From positions 64,001-128,000 of the IMG/VR virus record IMGVR_UViG_3300017774_006254: 64,000 bases of DNA, one strand, 5' to 3'. The stretch is from a virus. Positions 27,043 to 36,661 of this stretch are shown piece after piece; position 1 is the first letter of the stretch; the number at the start of each line of letters is the position of its first letter. The notes under the pieces are model-generated. The model worked only from the letters and a program-made list of their open reading frames with translations, did not search any database and had not been told where the DNA came from. The position numbers and the translations under genes were made by a program.

Positions 27043-27606
27043 ATGCACATCGTAAAGATCCCAGATGAGCTTTTGAATTGGGGCAAGTCGTCCGTGTCCA
27101 CACGGTTCGCTCGACCATGGGCGACAGAACTTGAACGCTTGAGCGCGCGGCCAATTTCTGACGAGCGAGGGTTTCGCGAGTTGATGTCCAACTTCGAAGC
27201 CCTTTGTGTCGAAGCCGTCAGAGCGAACAGACCCGAATTGCTTGACGGTGTAGATCTTCTGTCGGCCGAGTACATCGGCCTCAAGTACAAGTTCGAGTTT
27301 CTCGGCAAGCAAATTGGCGTCGGACATGGCGAGAGGTACTCATGGACCGAACTTCGAGGAATACTGGAGACAGACGATCCGGAGTCGGCGCTGATGGCCG
27401 TTGATCGAGCAAAAACGTTACTGGAGCAGGCTTTTCCGCACGCACGACTACAAGTGCATGACGCGCAAGAGGTCCAGGTTTCCTGTTCGGCTTGCCAGAC
27501 CACAACCTCACGAGTCATGCTGGACACCGCCCAGTCCAGTCTTTGTGGCCCATGTTGGGTAACGCTTACGGACGCAAAGCCCCTGACCTTCAAACGCAAG
27601 CGGTAA
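27043..27606 (+). CDS. hypothetical protein with C-terminal Zn finger
   Basis: CSAC...CGPC; follows the helicase gene. Confidence 0.6.
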   Translation: MHIVKIPDELLNWGKSSVSTRFARPWATELERLSARPISDERGFRELMSNFEALCVEAVRANRPELLDGVDLLSAEYIGLKYKFEFLGKQIGVGHGERYSWTELRGILETDDPESALMAVDRAKTLLEQAFPHARLQVHDAQEVQVSCSACQTTTSRVMLDTAQSSLCGPCWVTLTDAKPLTFKRKR

Positions 27607-27610
27607 ATCC

Positions 27611-28318
27611 ATGAGTCGAGGCGCTGAGTTTGGTGATGTAAAGCCGCTGAGGACACAAGGTGGTCCACTTGGCGTCACGCCTTTTACGATTTTGCCAGCG
27701 GCTTCGTTTGGGTCCGGTGATGCCATCAACACCGCGTTCATCCAACAGGTTTGCCCGCTGAACAGCTTCCGACTTGGCCAGCAAGTCTTTTTTTGGCTTG
27801 GAGTCGTTCCGGGACCGGGCGGAATTTCGCCATGGGCAAGCCGCGTGCGTCTGAAGTTGTGGTGGCTTCGTCCAAACAAGCAGTACCGAGCGCCTGGCGT
27901 GAATGGGTGGCTGCCTATCGACAAAGCTACGTTCGGAGATGGTCCGGCTCCGACGTCAGACTTCACAGATAACCGTTACTGCTGGATTCCGAGTCCTAAG
28001 CGACTTGACGTGACTCCGTACGGTACTGCGCCTCCGGCGGTTCCTCCGCTTCCGAATAGCGACTCGGCCCTTCTGGATGACTGCCTTGTGCTCGACCTGC
28101 CCGACCCTGGCAATCCGGCGTATCAGGCTAAGTTCGTGTCGCCCCAGGTGGTTTCGCGCTGGACATCGTTTTTCTACCCAGCGATGGGCTACTCTTTGGG
28201 CATGACGTGGGACGCGACGGGCGGCGGGCAGGGCACAGTGCCAGCGACGCTAAGCATCAGCCTTAACTGGGCAGTCGGCACTCTGGGAGGTTCTAACTAC
28301 CAGGAGTCGGTCGGCTGA
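27611..28318 (+). CDS. Pro/Trp/Gly-rich beta-type protein, putative virion component
   Basis: first gene of a coupled run of beta-rich ORFs. Confidence 0.45.
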   Translation: MSRGAEFGDVKPLRTQGGPLGVTPFTILPAASFGSGDAINTAFIQQVCPLNSFRLGQQVFFWLGVVPGPGGISPWASRVRLKLWWLRPNKQYRAPGVNGWLPIDKATFGDGPAPTSDFTDNRYCWIPSPKRLDVTPYGTAPPAVPPLPNSDSALLDDCLVLDLPDPGNPAYQAKFVSPQVVSRWTSFFYPAMGYSLGMTWDATGGGQGTVPATLSISLNWAVGTLGGSNYQESVG

Positions 28319-29574
28319 TGGGTAGCCGCGGCATACCGAGGATCTCTTCTTCTGGAGGTGGCGGAGGTCCGCCTCCAGGCGACAGTCAAGACCGCTTTGC
28401 TCCGAAGTACATGGTGGGAAACGAACTGGCGGGAGACACTGCTCCGGCCTATTCGGCGGGCGGCTTTGTTTACATCTTGGATCCTGGCGATGGCACTGGC
28501 ATTGAAGCGGCCCTGGCGCTTGCCGCTATCAACCCAGGTGACATCAGCGTGCGCCCCGGAGTCTACGATTTTGCCGCCGGAGCCGCCGTGATGCCATTGT
28601 CGGTTCCGGATGGAGTGCGGATCACAGGTTCGGGTCCTGGCACCTGCGAACTCCGCAGCCGTACCAGTGGGGATCAGGGTATTTTCGAGCTTGGTACCCA
28701 AGTGGGCATCGAGGACATTGCTTTTGTAGTGCAGAGCGCTGGTGAGGCGATCTATCTCGGGTCGCAAGCTGTCATCACAAACTTGGGCGATGGTGGCGGT
28801 TACGTCGCTCGCTGTACGTTCTCGCTTTCACTGGCAGCCGCGTCGGTGCTTCGTGCGTGCGTGCTTGATGGTGGTCCGGGGTCTTTTGCAGTGCGGCAAT
28901 GCTCTGGTACTGGTCCGAGCGTCGGAGGCTTGGATCCAGATCTGTGGATCTCGTTCGTCGTTGCCGCAAAGACTGGAAGCGGTCGCCTTACGATGCCTGG
29001 AAACGCGGTCGTTGGCTTCGACGTCGGCCTTCTGTGTGACGACGTAGCAGGCGTCGACGATGTGCTCGTGCAAGACCTTTCTGCAACGGCCTTTGCGCTG
29101 TATGCGGTGTACCAGCGCGGCTATGGTTTTCTGGGTCTGTCCGACTGCTTCTTCTTGCTCGAAGATGTGACCGCAGGCGTGGTTGTGTTTGGCGCTGCGA
29201 TTGTTGGTCCTGGTTCTACCCCGGGCTCGCATATCATCGATTCGACGATAGCTTCGTCTGCGGGCACGCAGACCGCACCCGCTGTACTCATTCGATCTGG
29301 CGCTGGTGGTGGTTACACCCGAGTGCAGAACAATCTGATTACGTGGGATCGTGTGGGCGCCGTGGTGTCGGTCGGAACGGCATCGGGGTCGTGCAACTAC
29401 AACCTGATTCAGAACAATCAGATCTTCAACGTGAACGCAGATCCCGTGGCTGCCGGTGTGGAGATCTTCAACAACGGCTGCATCTCCAATATCGTCTCGA
29501 CGAACGTAATCGTTGCGTCGATTCCTGTGGTGAACAACTCTACCTCGACGCAGATTATGGGTAACACGCCATGA
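28318..29574 (+). CDS. right-handed beta-helix (pectin-lyase-like) spike/fibre protein
   Basis: GIEAALALA..GDISVRPGVY N-cap, GVRITGSG, Asn-ladder repeats NLIQNNQIFN. Confidence 0.7.
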   Translation: MGSRGIPRISSSGGGGGPPPGDSQDRFAPKYMVGNELAGDTAPAYSAGGFVYILDPGDGTGIEAALALAAINPGDISVRPGVYDFAAGAAVMPLSVPDGVRITGSGPGTCELRSRTSGDQGIFELGTQVGIEDIAFVVQSAGEAIYLGSQAVITNLGDGGGYVARCTFSLSLAAASVLRACVLDGGPGSFAVRQCSGTGPSVGGLDPDLWISFVVAAKTGSGRLTMPGNAVVGFDVGLLCDDVAGVDDVLVQDLSATAFALYAVYQRGYGFLGLSDCFFLLEDVTAGVVVFGAAIVGPGSTPGSHIIDSTIASSAGTQTAPAVLIRSGAGGGYTRVQNNLITWDRVGAVVSVGTASGSCNYNLIQNNQIFNVNADPVAAGVEIFNNGCISNIVSTNVIVASIPVVNNSTSTQIMGNTP

Positions 29575-30107
29575 GCACGGTTACCCCTGCCATCCAGCCC
29601 CGCAATGGGCACCCTCGAAACTGGGGCAATTACCCATCAGCGGCTGTGCTTCCAAATGCTGCTGGGTGGCCTGGTGGCCCATTACCCGGAGGCGTCAATC
29701 CCACGACTGCGGCAACGCCTTTGGAGCTTGGCGACACGGCCATCGTAGTGGGAGTTGGCCCCTATTGGTGCTTCTCCGCAGGCACTCCTGGGCTTCTGGA
29801 TGCTGTTTGGCTGCCGGTTGGGAGTAGTTCCCCGATTTCGGTAGTGCAGTTGCCGTTCACAACACTGCCCTCCGAGAAACCGGTCTGGTCCAAGACGTTC
29901 TCCGTGGTCGACGCTCGGGTGACACCAGCCAGCGTGATTGTGGTATCCCAGTCCGGGAACACGGCAACGGGACGCGTGGGCAATGATCTCGAATGGGATC
30001 AAATACTCCTTGGAGCGGTCGCAGGAACAGGCTCATTCGAGGTCACAGCATACGCAGTTCCAGGGCCCATCGTGGGCAATCGCGTCATCATCTACCAAAT
30101 TTTCTGA
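29571..30107 (+). CDS. putative virion fibre-associated protein
   Basis: beta-rich C-terminal domain VVDARVTPASVIVVS; ATGA coupling. Confidence 0.5.
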   Translation: MSTVTPAIQPRNGHPRNWGNYPSAAVLPNAAGWPGGPLPGGVNPTTAATPLELGDTAIVVGVGPYWCFSAGTPGLLDAVWLPVGSSSPISVVQLPFTTLPSEKPVWSKTFSVVDARVTPASVIVVSQSGNTATGRVGNDLEWDQILLGAVAGTGSFEVTAYAVPGPIVGNRVIIYQIF

Positions 30108-30113
30108 GGCACC

Positions 30114-31583
30114 ATGGCAGTCATTGATACAGGCTCCGATACCGCTGGCAAGGCAAACGTAGACTCCGCGTTCAACCTTCGGGTTAACACTCCGGGGTAC
30201 TCCAGCACAGGTGTGCCCGTGGGAGGAGGTCCGGAGAACGGCCCTGCGATGTTCAGCGAAAATGATGCGGGGACCGCAACGGGCACTCGCAGCGTCATCT
30301 CTCCTGAGACTGACGACGATTTCCGACTTCGCGTCGTCTCCGACATGATTTTCGACACGGAGATCTTCAACTACGCCGCCCAAAACACTGGCAAACACAC
30401 GCTTCTCAACACAACGCTTACAGCATCCTTCGGAGCGACAGGTCTTCTGACGAACGCCGCGGGCACAGGTGGCGTTAACACCGGCCTGACATTCGGCACC
30501 TACGCAACATTTCCGCTGCTCGGCGCCGCGGTTTTGTACTTTGAATTCATGCTGTCGCTCACGCAGCAGCCACCGACGAACACTGTGGTGAATTTTGGCG
30601 CATTCACCCGAGGCGCCGCGACGGGCTATGTCCCGACGGATGGGGCTTACTTCCAGCTGGAAAATGGCCTGTGGCAGGGCGTGCTGATGATCAATGGCGT
30701 GCCTACGTACGTACCCTTGGCCGCCGCCGCCATGGCGTACACCGAAGGCAACGTACGCCAGTACATCGTGTCGATCCACCCGAGACATGTTGAGTTCTGG
30801 GTCAACAACATCCTCGTGGGCGCTGCCGTTGTTCCGGTTGCGCAAGGAATCCCGTTCCTTTCGTCTGCGCAACCTCTTTCCTTGAGCCACAGCATCATTG
30901 GTGGCAACGCCAGCATTGTGGACTTCCGTGTTCTTCTGAAGAATTACACGGTTTCCATGGGCGGGTTCCAAGTTGCTGACGACTTCGGCGCAATCGGAAA
31001 CCGAATGTATGGCTCCTACCAGGGCCTCAGCGGTGGCACGATGGGGTCTCTTGCGCAGATGCCGAACGGGCTTGGAGTGGCGCCGACGGTAGCGTTGCCA
31101 ACCAACAGCAGCGCAGCGGCGCAGCAGGTGGGTCTCGGAGGTCAGGTATGGGAAACCGATACGCTGGCCGTGCTGACAGACGGCATCATTTGCTCGTTCC
31201 AGGTACCTGCTGCTTCCACCTCGGTGGCAGGAAGAAGGCTTCGTGTCACGGGCGTGAAGATCGATAGCTTTGTACAGGTCACGCTCACAGGAGGCGGATA
31301 CAACGCGGTGTGGTCGTTGGCGTTCGGACATACTGCGGTCTCCCTTGCCACTGGCGAAGCAGCGGCTACCAAAGCGCCTCGGCGATTGCCCTTGGGTTCG
31401 AATGCTGTGGCGGCGAACGCAGCAGCGCTCACACAACTTGCGACTATTTTTCTCGACATGAGCGCCTCTCCCGTCTACGTGAATCCAGGAGAATTTATCC
31501 AGGCGGTCAAGAAAAAGGTGGGCACCGCTCCGTCCGCAGGTGTTATCGCCCATACCATCGCCATCATCGCGTCGTGGGAGTGA
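30114..31583 (+). CDS. beta-sandwich / lectin-like virion protein
   Basis: Gly/Thr/Ala-rich; DGAYFQL..VEFWVNNILVG concanavalin-like strand pattern. Confidence 0.55.
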   Translation: MAVIDTGSDTAGKANVDSAFNLRVNTPGYSSTGVPVGGGPENGPAMFSENDAGTATGTRSVISPETDDDFRLRVVSDMIFDTEIFNYAAQNTGKHTLLNTTLTASFGATGLLTNAAGTGGVNTGLTFGTYATFPLLGAAVLYFEFMLSLTQQPPTNTVVNFGAFTRGAATGYVPTDGAYFQLENGLWQGVLMINGVPTYVPLAAAAMAYTEGNVRQYIVSIHPRHVEFWVNNILVGAAVVPVAQGIPFLSSAQPLSLSHSIIGGNASIVDFRVLLKNYTVSMGGFQVADDFGAIGNRMYGSYQGLSGGTMGSLAQMPNGLGVAPTVALPTNSSAAAQQVGLGGQVWETDTLAVLTDGIICSFQVPAASTSVAGRRLRVTGVKIDSFVQVTLTGGGYNAVWSLAFGHTAVSLATGEAAATKAPRRLPLGSNAVAANAAALTQLATIFLDMSASPVYVNPGEFIQAVKKKVGTAPSAGVIAHTIAIIASWE

Positions 31584-31584
31584 C

Positions 31585-31779
31585 ATGACCAAGGATGCAG
31601 CGCTGGCTCAGAGGGTTGAGGACGCGGTCACGGCTCAGTACGCACTTCCAGGCTGGGAACTCTGCAATGAAATGCAGTTTGCAGCGGACACTCAAGAGAT
31701 TCTGCAAAATGACGAGCGCTGGTTGTCGGAGCGCAAGCGCCGAGAAGCGCTTCGAAAAGCGCTTAGCGGTTTGCAGTAA
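31585..31779 (+). CDS. hypothetical protein
   Basis: short ORF ending the structural run. Confidence 0.45.
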   Translation: MTKDAALAQRVEDAVTAQYALPGWELCNEMQFAADTQEILQNDERWLSERKRREALRKALSGLQ

Positions 31780-31827
31780 CACTTGAATTAAACTTGCGTG
31801 CGTCGAAAGTATGAGTAGGGTCGGGGC

Positions 31828-32502
31828 ATGAAAAAAGCCCTACTACTAGGCGTTCTGACTGTTGCGTTTGCGATCGGAGCGGGGATTGCCCACGGAGATG
31901 ATGCTCTGGTGGCTGACGAACCGCCCCTTACACCCGAACAGCACGATCTCTACCTCGCTGTCTCTCGGGTGTGTGCGAACGAGGCGTTTGGACATCCAGC
32001 TGACTGCATGGTGGTGTGGCAGGCAGTGCGCAGGCACGGCCGCACACCTTCAGAGCGTCTCGCATGGCTGCGTCAGCATTCCAGGTGCGTACTTGGCGCT
32101 TCAGCGCCTGTGAGAGCTTTGGGGAACTGCCCGTGGACCAGGAACCTGACCGACTCAGACAGGCAGCCCGATGGCTGGCCTGCTGACTGGCGTTGGGAGC
32201 CGAATGCGTCGAGTCGCAACGGAGGACATGTTGCGACCTGGGCTCGAACTCGCAGGTTGGTGAGAAGGATGGTGCTCGGCGGCACGCCTCCTCGCGGATG
32301 GCCGTGTGCACAGGACCCCGACTCGTGGGCGGGGCGAGTGACAGACGCCGCTCACATCCAAGCACACGCAGGGACGCGGCTCGCATTGCGCTGCACAGAC
32401 CCTGTGACGCGCAGGCCTACCCTCAACGAGGGATTCCGGTACGTGCGTAGGGCCGCAGCCGCGACAGCCATTGCTCCAACCGACCGCCCCAATTACGATT
32501 GA
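31828..32502 (+). CDS. secreted protein, possible SleB/Hydrolase_2-like cell-wall hydrolase
   Basis: signal peptide MKKALLLGVLTVAFAIGAGIAHG; VSRVCANEA resembles the LARxIxAEA motif. Confidence 0.45.
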   Translation: MKKALLLGVLTVAFAIGAGIAHGDDALVADEPPLTPEQHDLYLAVSRVCANEAFGHPADCMVVWQAVRRHGRTPSERLAWLRQHSRCVLGASAPVRALGNCPWTRNLTDSDRQPDGWPADWRWEPNASSRNGGHVATWARTRRLVRRMVLGGTPPRGWPCAQDPDSWAGRVTDAAHIQAHAGTRLALRCTDPVTRRPTLNEGFRYVRRAAAATAIAPTDRPNYD

Positions 32503-32505
32503 GGC

Positions 32506-33411
32506 ATGGCCTCCTCACCTCCTGTTGCTCCTTCTACGTCTCGCCTGATCTCTCGCTACGGGGTTCGCCCGTCTCAAGGGTCAGGCGAGCTTCGCATGCA
32601 TGCAGGGTTCGACATTGGTACGTCGAAGCGCAGTCGTGAAGACGAGCCTGTCTTTGCGGTAAAGGGCGGCACGGTCACGCTCGTCGCTCCGAATACCGCG
32701 AACAGCAACATGATGGGGTACGGCAATGCCGTCGTGATTCGTCACACCGGCGGGAAGTACGCGCTCTATGCGCACTTGAAAGACGGATCTGTTCGAGTCA
32801 CTCCTGGTCAGACGGTGGATGGTGGCACCCAGATCGGCGTGATGGGCAACACGACCAACGGCAACTTCTCTCCTCTTCCAGGAGAGAGCATCGACGCGTG
32901 GACAGTCCGGGCAAGAGCGCGTGGGTACCGCAGCGGCCCGATGAACCGGCATCTCCATTTCGAGATTCGGTCTGCGCGGCCTGATGGTTCGAGCCCTTTT
33001 CCTGGACCGTACCCAAGTAGCCCTGCTCAAGCGCTGTTCAATGAAGATCCTGGGCCATGGCTTCGAGAGCTGGGCCTTCAGTTCTCGACGCGCGGAGCGA
33101 CTCAAATTCAACCCGGAAGCTCGATCGACACCTCACGCGCCCGCTGGTCGCCGTCGATGGCAGGTGCGTTCGCGGACCTTGGTATGAGCGGAGCTGAAAT
33201 CGACAAGCAGCTTGGCCAAGATTACCAACCGCCTGCGCCAGAGCGTGATGTCAAGTGGGGCCTCACACCAACCGAGTGGACAGTCGCAGCAGTAGGTGGC
33301 GCAGCAATCACGGCGACCGTCGTGGGACTCATCGTACGGAGTCGCATGCAGCCGAACAGGCGTCGCCTCGGCCCAAGGAAGAGCAGGCTCCGAACGTGGG
33401 GAACAAAGTAG
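32506..33411 (+). CDS. M23 family peptidoglycan endopeptidase with C-terminal TM anchor
   Basis: HAGFD (HxxxD), YGNAVVIRH, YAHL, HLHFEIR; TM helix then QPNRRR. Confidence 0.9.
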   Translation: MASSPPVAPSTSRLISRYGVRPSQGSGELRMHAGFDIGTSKRSREDEPVFAVKGGTVTLVAPNTANSNMMGYGNAVVIRHTGGKYALYAHLKDGSVRVTPGQTVDGGTQIGVMGNTTNGNFSPLPGESIDAWTVRARARGYRSGPMNRHLHFEIRSARPDGSSPFPGPYPSSPAQALFNEDPGPWLRELGLQFSTRGATQIQPGSSIDTSRARWSPSMAGAFADLGMSGAEIDKQLGQDYQPPAPERDVKWGLTPTEWTVAAVGGAAITATVVGLIVRSRMQPNRRRLGPRKSRLRTWGTK

Positions 33412-33417
33412 GGCACT

Positions 33418-33426
33418 TGTCGGACA
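33418..33426. promoter_or_regulatory. TGTCNGACA operator
   Basis: TGTCGGACA, intergenic, upstream of TAGGCT -10-like box and ATG 33452. Confidence 0.6.
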
Positions 33427-33451
33427 CGCCTGCCGCGAGTAGGCTGAGACG

Positions 33452-33856
33452 ATGCACGACAAAACAAAGACATGGTCTGACGGACAGGGTGAGAGCCGCG
33501 CATCAGCCGAAGACATGATGGAGGCTCTTGGAGATCAAGAAGACGTCAAGGTGAAGGCTACCCCTTGCGCGACCGGCGTGATCTTGATGGGCAACTGCCA
33601 TCACTGCGGTAGGCAATGGAAGATGATTTCTCCATGGGCCGAAGTCGCGATGATGTTCGTAGGACAGGTTCCGAACGGGACAAATGGCGAGCCGCCGTGG
33701 AAGCCCACAAGGCAGGGCATCTTCATGCGTACGGACTGCGCTTGCGGCAAGAAGAGCCCGATGGTGACCGAGTGGGACGAGATTCGCGCTTGGGTGGACA
33801 TTGGCATTCGCATCGGAGCGCTCAGTCCCATGATTCTAAAGGCGGTCAGGGGGTAG
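33452..33856 (+). CDS. Zn-binding hypothetical protein
   Basis: CHHC...CAC. Confidence 0.6.
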   Translation: MHDKTKTWSDGQGESRASAEDMMEALGDQEDVKVKATPCATGVILMGNCHHCGRQWKMISPWAEVAMMFVGQVPNGTNGEPPWKPTRQGIFMRTDCACGKKSPMVTEWDEIRAWVDIGIRIGALSPMILKAVRG

Positions 33857-34283
33857 CAGGTTCGGGCTTCTGCTCGACTGGAGCTGGCGGGATGTACCCT
33901 CCCAGCTTCACAAAGCTCTCTTCAGCTACAGTTTGAAAGCCCGCCACGATGTGCCGCGCATAGATCACAGCCGAGCGCTCAGCAACCGTCCGACCGTTCT
34001 GAGCAAGGGTGCTGTTGATGCCGTCGAGGCGCACGGCGACGGCGACGAACGTTGCGACATCGCCATGGCGAATGGCCTCAGCTGCCATCTCGGGCGTGAT
34101 GTCGTAGATGCGTCTCGCTAGGTACGTCACAGCTCGGGGCATCTTGCCCATGGCAGGATCCAAACAGACAGAGTCCTGCATGCGCCGCCAGACGGAGTAC
34201 AGCGCCTCGACGCTGCGCACTCTCCCGAGCTGCTGAGGAAGCGCTTTGTACTCGATGACAGCGCCATGCCTGGAAACGGTCAT
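33846..34283 (-). CDS. hypothetical protein
   Basis: ATGA-coupled to the phosphatase gene. Confidence 0.55.
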   Translation of the reverse strand: MTVSRHGAVIEYKALPQQLGRVRSVEALYSVWRRMQDSVCLDPAMGKMPRAVTYLARRIYDITPEMAAEAIRHGDVATFVAVAVRLDGINSTLAQNGRTVAERSAVIYARHIVAGFQTVAEESFVKLGGYIPPAPVEQKPEPATP

Positions 34284-34720
34284 CGTGGTGTCTGGCGCAA
34301 GAGCCACTGTTCGAACATGGGGTTGCCCAGGCAGTCTTTGTGACGCCTGGTGCGAATCAGCCTGATCGCATCGACGGGCTTCATCTTGTACCCGTACATC
34401 AAGGTGAGAGTGGTCATGAGCCCGCTCCTGTTGAAGCCCATCGCGCACGTGATGATCATGCGCTTGCCACGGAGAGCTTTCGCGCCGAGCACCTTCGCGT
34501 GCGCGTGAAAAATGTCGCCAGCTTCCTCAGGTACAGGCCGATAGATGTCGTCGTCGAAACCGAGGCGGATGATCTCCTTCCCCGGTGGAGGCTTCAAGCC
34601 TTTCGCCTGATGCTCTTCGGCGCACAGCACAAGGATATCTGCGTGGTTGAAACCAGTACCCTGGAGCCCGGGGTACGAGCCTTGGGCTACCCCAGGGACG
34701 ATCCAATCAAAAGCGTTCAC
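34280..34720 (-). CDS. dual-specificity protein phosphatase
   Basis: CX5R P-loop CAMGFNRS, GFDD acid loop, NPMFEQWL. Confidence 0.88.
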   Translation of the reverse strand: MNAFDWIVPGVAQGSYPGLQGTGFNHADILVLCAEEHQAKGLKPPPGKEIIRLGFDDDIYRPVPEEAGDIFHAHAKVLGAKALRGKRMIITCAMGFNRSGLMTTLTLMYGYKMKPVDAIRLIRTRRHKDCLGNPMFEQWLLRQTPR

Positions 34721-34757
34721 AAATCCTCTTGTTCTTTCGACACACGTGAAGTAACGT

Positions 34758-34766
34758 TGTCAGACA
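34758..34766. promoter_or_regulatory. TGTCNGACA operator
   Basis: TGTCAGACA in the divergent intergenic region 34721-34790. Confidence 0.6.
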
Positions 34767-34790
34767 TCAGCATGGTAGCAGAGGAGCGAC

Positions 34791-35189
34791 ATGGACACGA
34801 CCAAGATGAAAGACGACACGACTCTCCCTGGGCACAGTTACTCGTTGGGGGAGATGCGGGACACGATCCGGAAGATGCGGGAAATCAACAGCGCCTTCTA
34901 CGCGATGGTTTTTCAGGCAGGGATGGGTAGCCATTGCCACGCCTTTGTCGAGTTCAGTGGCCTGCAAGCGAAGTTCATCGACATGGCAGAGGCCGCGCTC
35001 GACGCCGGGATTGAGTTTCCTTTCGCGAACACGCACAGCAGCACCTCTTGGCCGATGGAGGTTCATCACGCGGCGTACCTCGGGGAAAAGTTCAACTGCA
35101 TCTACGGCTTCGCTCTCGCTCAGAGTCCAGATCTTCTGGAGGCCTTCAACAAAGAAGCCTTTGGAGAGAAGAGGGAATCCAATGGCTGA
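34791..35189 (+). CDS. hypothetical phage protein
   Basis: GAGGAG RBS; YLGEKFNCIY. Confidence 0.6.
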   Translation: MDTTKMKDDTTLPGHSYSLGEMRDTIRKMREINSAFYAMVFQAGMGSHCHAFVEFSGLQAKFIDMAEAALDAGIEFPFANTHSSTSWPMEVHHAAYLGEKFNCIYGFALAQSPDLLEAFNKEAFGEKRESNG

Positions 35190-35745
35190 AGACATCGAGA
35201 AGAACCGAAGCAAGGCGGAGGCTGGGGAGGACATCCTTCTCAGCTCGCACCCGTGCCCGCACTGCCATCATTTGACCGGCGGCACATACGACCGCTATTG
35301 GTCAACACGTGGCGGTTTTGGGAGACACTCAGCCCAAGAAAAAGACTGTTCGTTTTCTACGGACAATTACGAAAGGGCGATGAACCGGCTCGGTGTGGAT
35401 GACGGAGCGGACAGGTCTACCTCGTACCAATACAGCACTTGGTACCACGCCGCGATGGAACCTAAGTGGGCAGCAGCTTACGCCAAGCAAGTCGCCGAAG
35501 AACTGGCGAGGCGAGAGCAGGAGCTAGCTCACTTCGCCAGAATTCGCCCGATGGCGGAACTCATCTATGCGTGCGATCGAGCTGCGACTCCGCAGTTTGC
35601 AATTTCCAGAGCGGAGGAGTTCGTCAAGGCGTACGCCGAGAACGTGGACCCTCTGACCGACGCCTTGGAAAGAGCCAAGAAGGCCATGGCGGAGGCGACG
35701 GAGCGACTCTCGCGCTCCGAACGAAAACTCGCGGAGAAGACGTGA
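35182..35745 (+). CDS. hypothetical protein
   Basis: CPHC, C-terminal coiled coil. Confidence 0.55.
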   Translation: MAEDIEKNRSKAEAGEDILLSSHPCPHCHHLTGGTYDRYWSTRGGFGRHSAQEKDCSFSTDNYERAMNRLGVDDGADRSTSYQYSTWYHAAMEPKWAAAYAKQVAEELARREQELAHFARIRPMAELIYACDRAATPQFAISRAEEFVKAYAENVDPLTDALERAKKAMAEATERLSRSERKLAEKT

Positions 35746-35942
35746 TGAATGGGCCGGAAAAATTTGGAGCGATAACGGTGGTCGCACTCTGCGCTGTGGG
35801 CATTGCACTCATAGTCAGCAGGCATGTCTCCGACCAAGCTGAGCGGGGCGTGCGACCGAGCGCAGACACGGTGATTCAATGTTCTGACGAGTGCGTACGC
35901 GCTTGCGTCAGAGCTGACCGAGAGGAGATTGTGTTCGAATGA
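35745..35942 (+). CDS. small membrane protein
   Basis: TM AITVVALCAVGIALIV; TGATG/ATGA coupling. Confidence 0.5.
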   Translation: MNGPEKFGAITVVALCAVGIALIVSRHVSDQAERGVRPSADTVIQCSDECVRACVRADREEIVFE

Positions 35943-36658
35943 GTATCCAACTTACATGCGGAGACGCCTGCGACCTGATGCGCTCCCTCCCCGCTGAGTC
36001 GATTGACATGATCGTTACGGATGTCGCGTACGAGAGCTTGGAAGAGCACCGCGCGAAGGGGAGCACAACCCGTCTCAAGGTGAGCGACGCGAGTTCCAAC
36101 GAGTGGTTCGACATCTTTCACAACGACCGCTTCGCCGAGTTCTTCAGTGAGGCCTATAGGGTTCTGAAGAAGGATGCGCACCTGTACTTCTTCTCCGACG
36201 GGAAGACGTCTCGTGTGGCTATCCCGGTCGGAGAAGCGGCTGGCTTCAAGTTTTGGAACGACATCACCTGGGTGAAGACAGGCGATGTGGTGAAGGCTGA
36301 AAGCTTGGACCCTCGGGATGTTCGCATCGGAATGGGCTACCACTACAGGAACGCGAAGGAGCTGGTTCTCTTTTTCGAGAAGGGGAAGAAGCGGCTGGCG
36401 GACTTGAGCGTGCCGAACGTTCTCTGCTATCCGTCAGTGCGCAACAAGTACCCCACGGAGAAGCCTGTCGACCTGATTCGTGTCTTCGTCCGGCAAAGCA
36501 CTGTCCAGGGTGATGTCGTGTTGGATCCGTTCATGGGCTCTGGAAGCGCGGGAGAAGCGGCGCTGCGCACTGGCCGGTCATTCATCGGTGGCGACATCAA
36601 GCAGAGCGCCGTGGACCTCGCGAAGACGCGTCTGGAGGCTCTCCAGCGTCCAGGCTAG
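35939..36658 (+). CDS. orphan beta-class N4/N6 DNA methyltransferase
   Basis: SIDMIVTDVAY (motif IV variant), YPTEKPVDL, VLDPFMGSGS. Confidence 0.85.
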   Translation: MSIQLTCGDACDLMRSLPAESIDMIVTDVAYESLEEHRAKGSTTRLKVSDASSNEWFDIFHNDRFAEFFSEAYRVLKKDAHLYFFSDGKTSRVAIPVGEAAGFKFWNDITWVKTGDVVKAESLDPRDVRIGMGYHYRNAKELVLFFEKGKKRLADLSVPNVLCYPSVRNKYPTEKPVDLIRVFVRQSTVQGDVVLDPFMGSGSAGEAALRTGRSFIGGDIKQSAVDLAKTRLEALQRPG

Positions 36659-36661
36659 AAT

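Noticed and set aside
27611-31583. Assignment of major capsid or specific tail genes
   Set aside because: Only generic beta-rich character is visible; no hallmark motif recognised
30033-31592. 519-aa minus-strand ORF and other long antisense ORFs (e.g. 311-1147, 38932-40131, 46326-47354)
   Set aside because: Shadow frames of GC-rich genes; no motifs or translation signals
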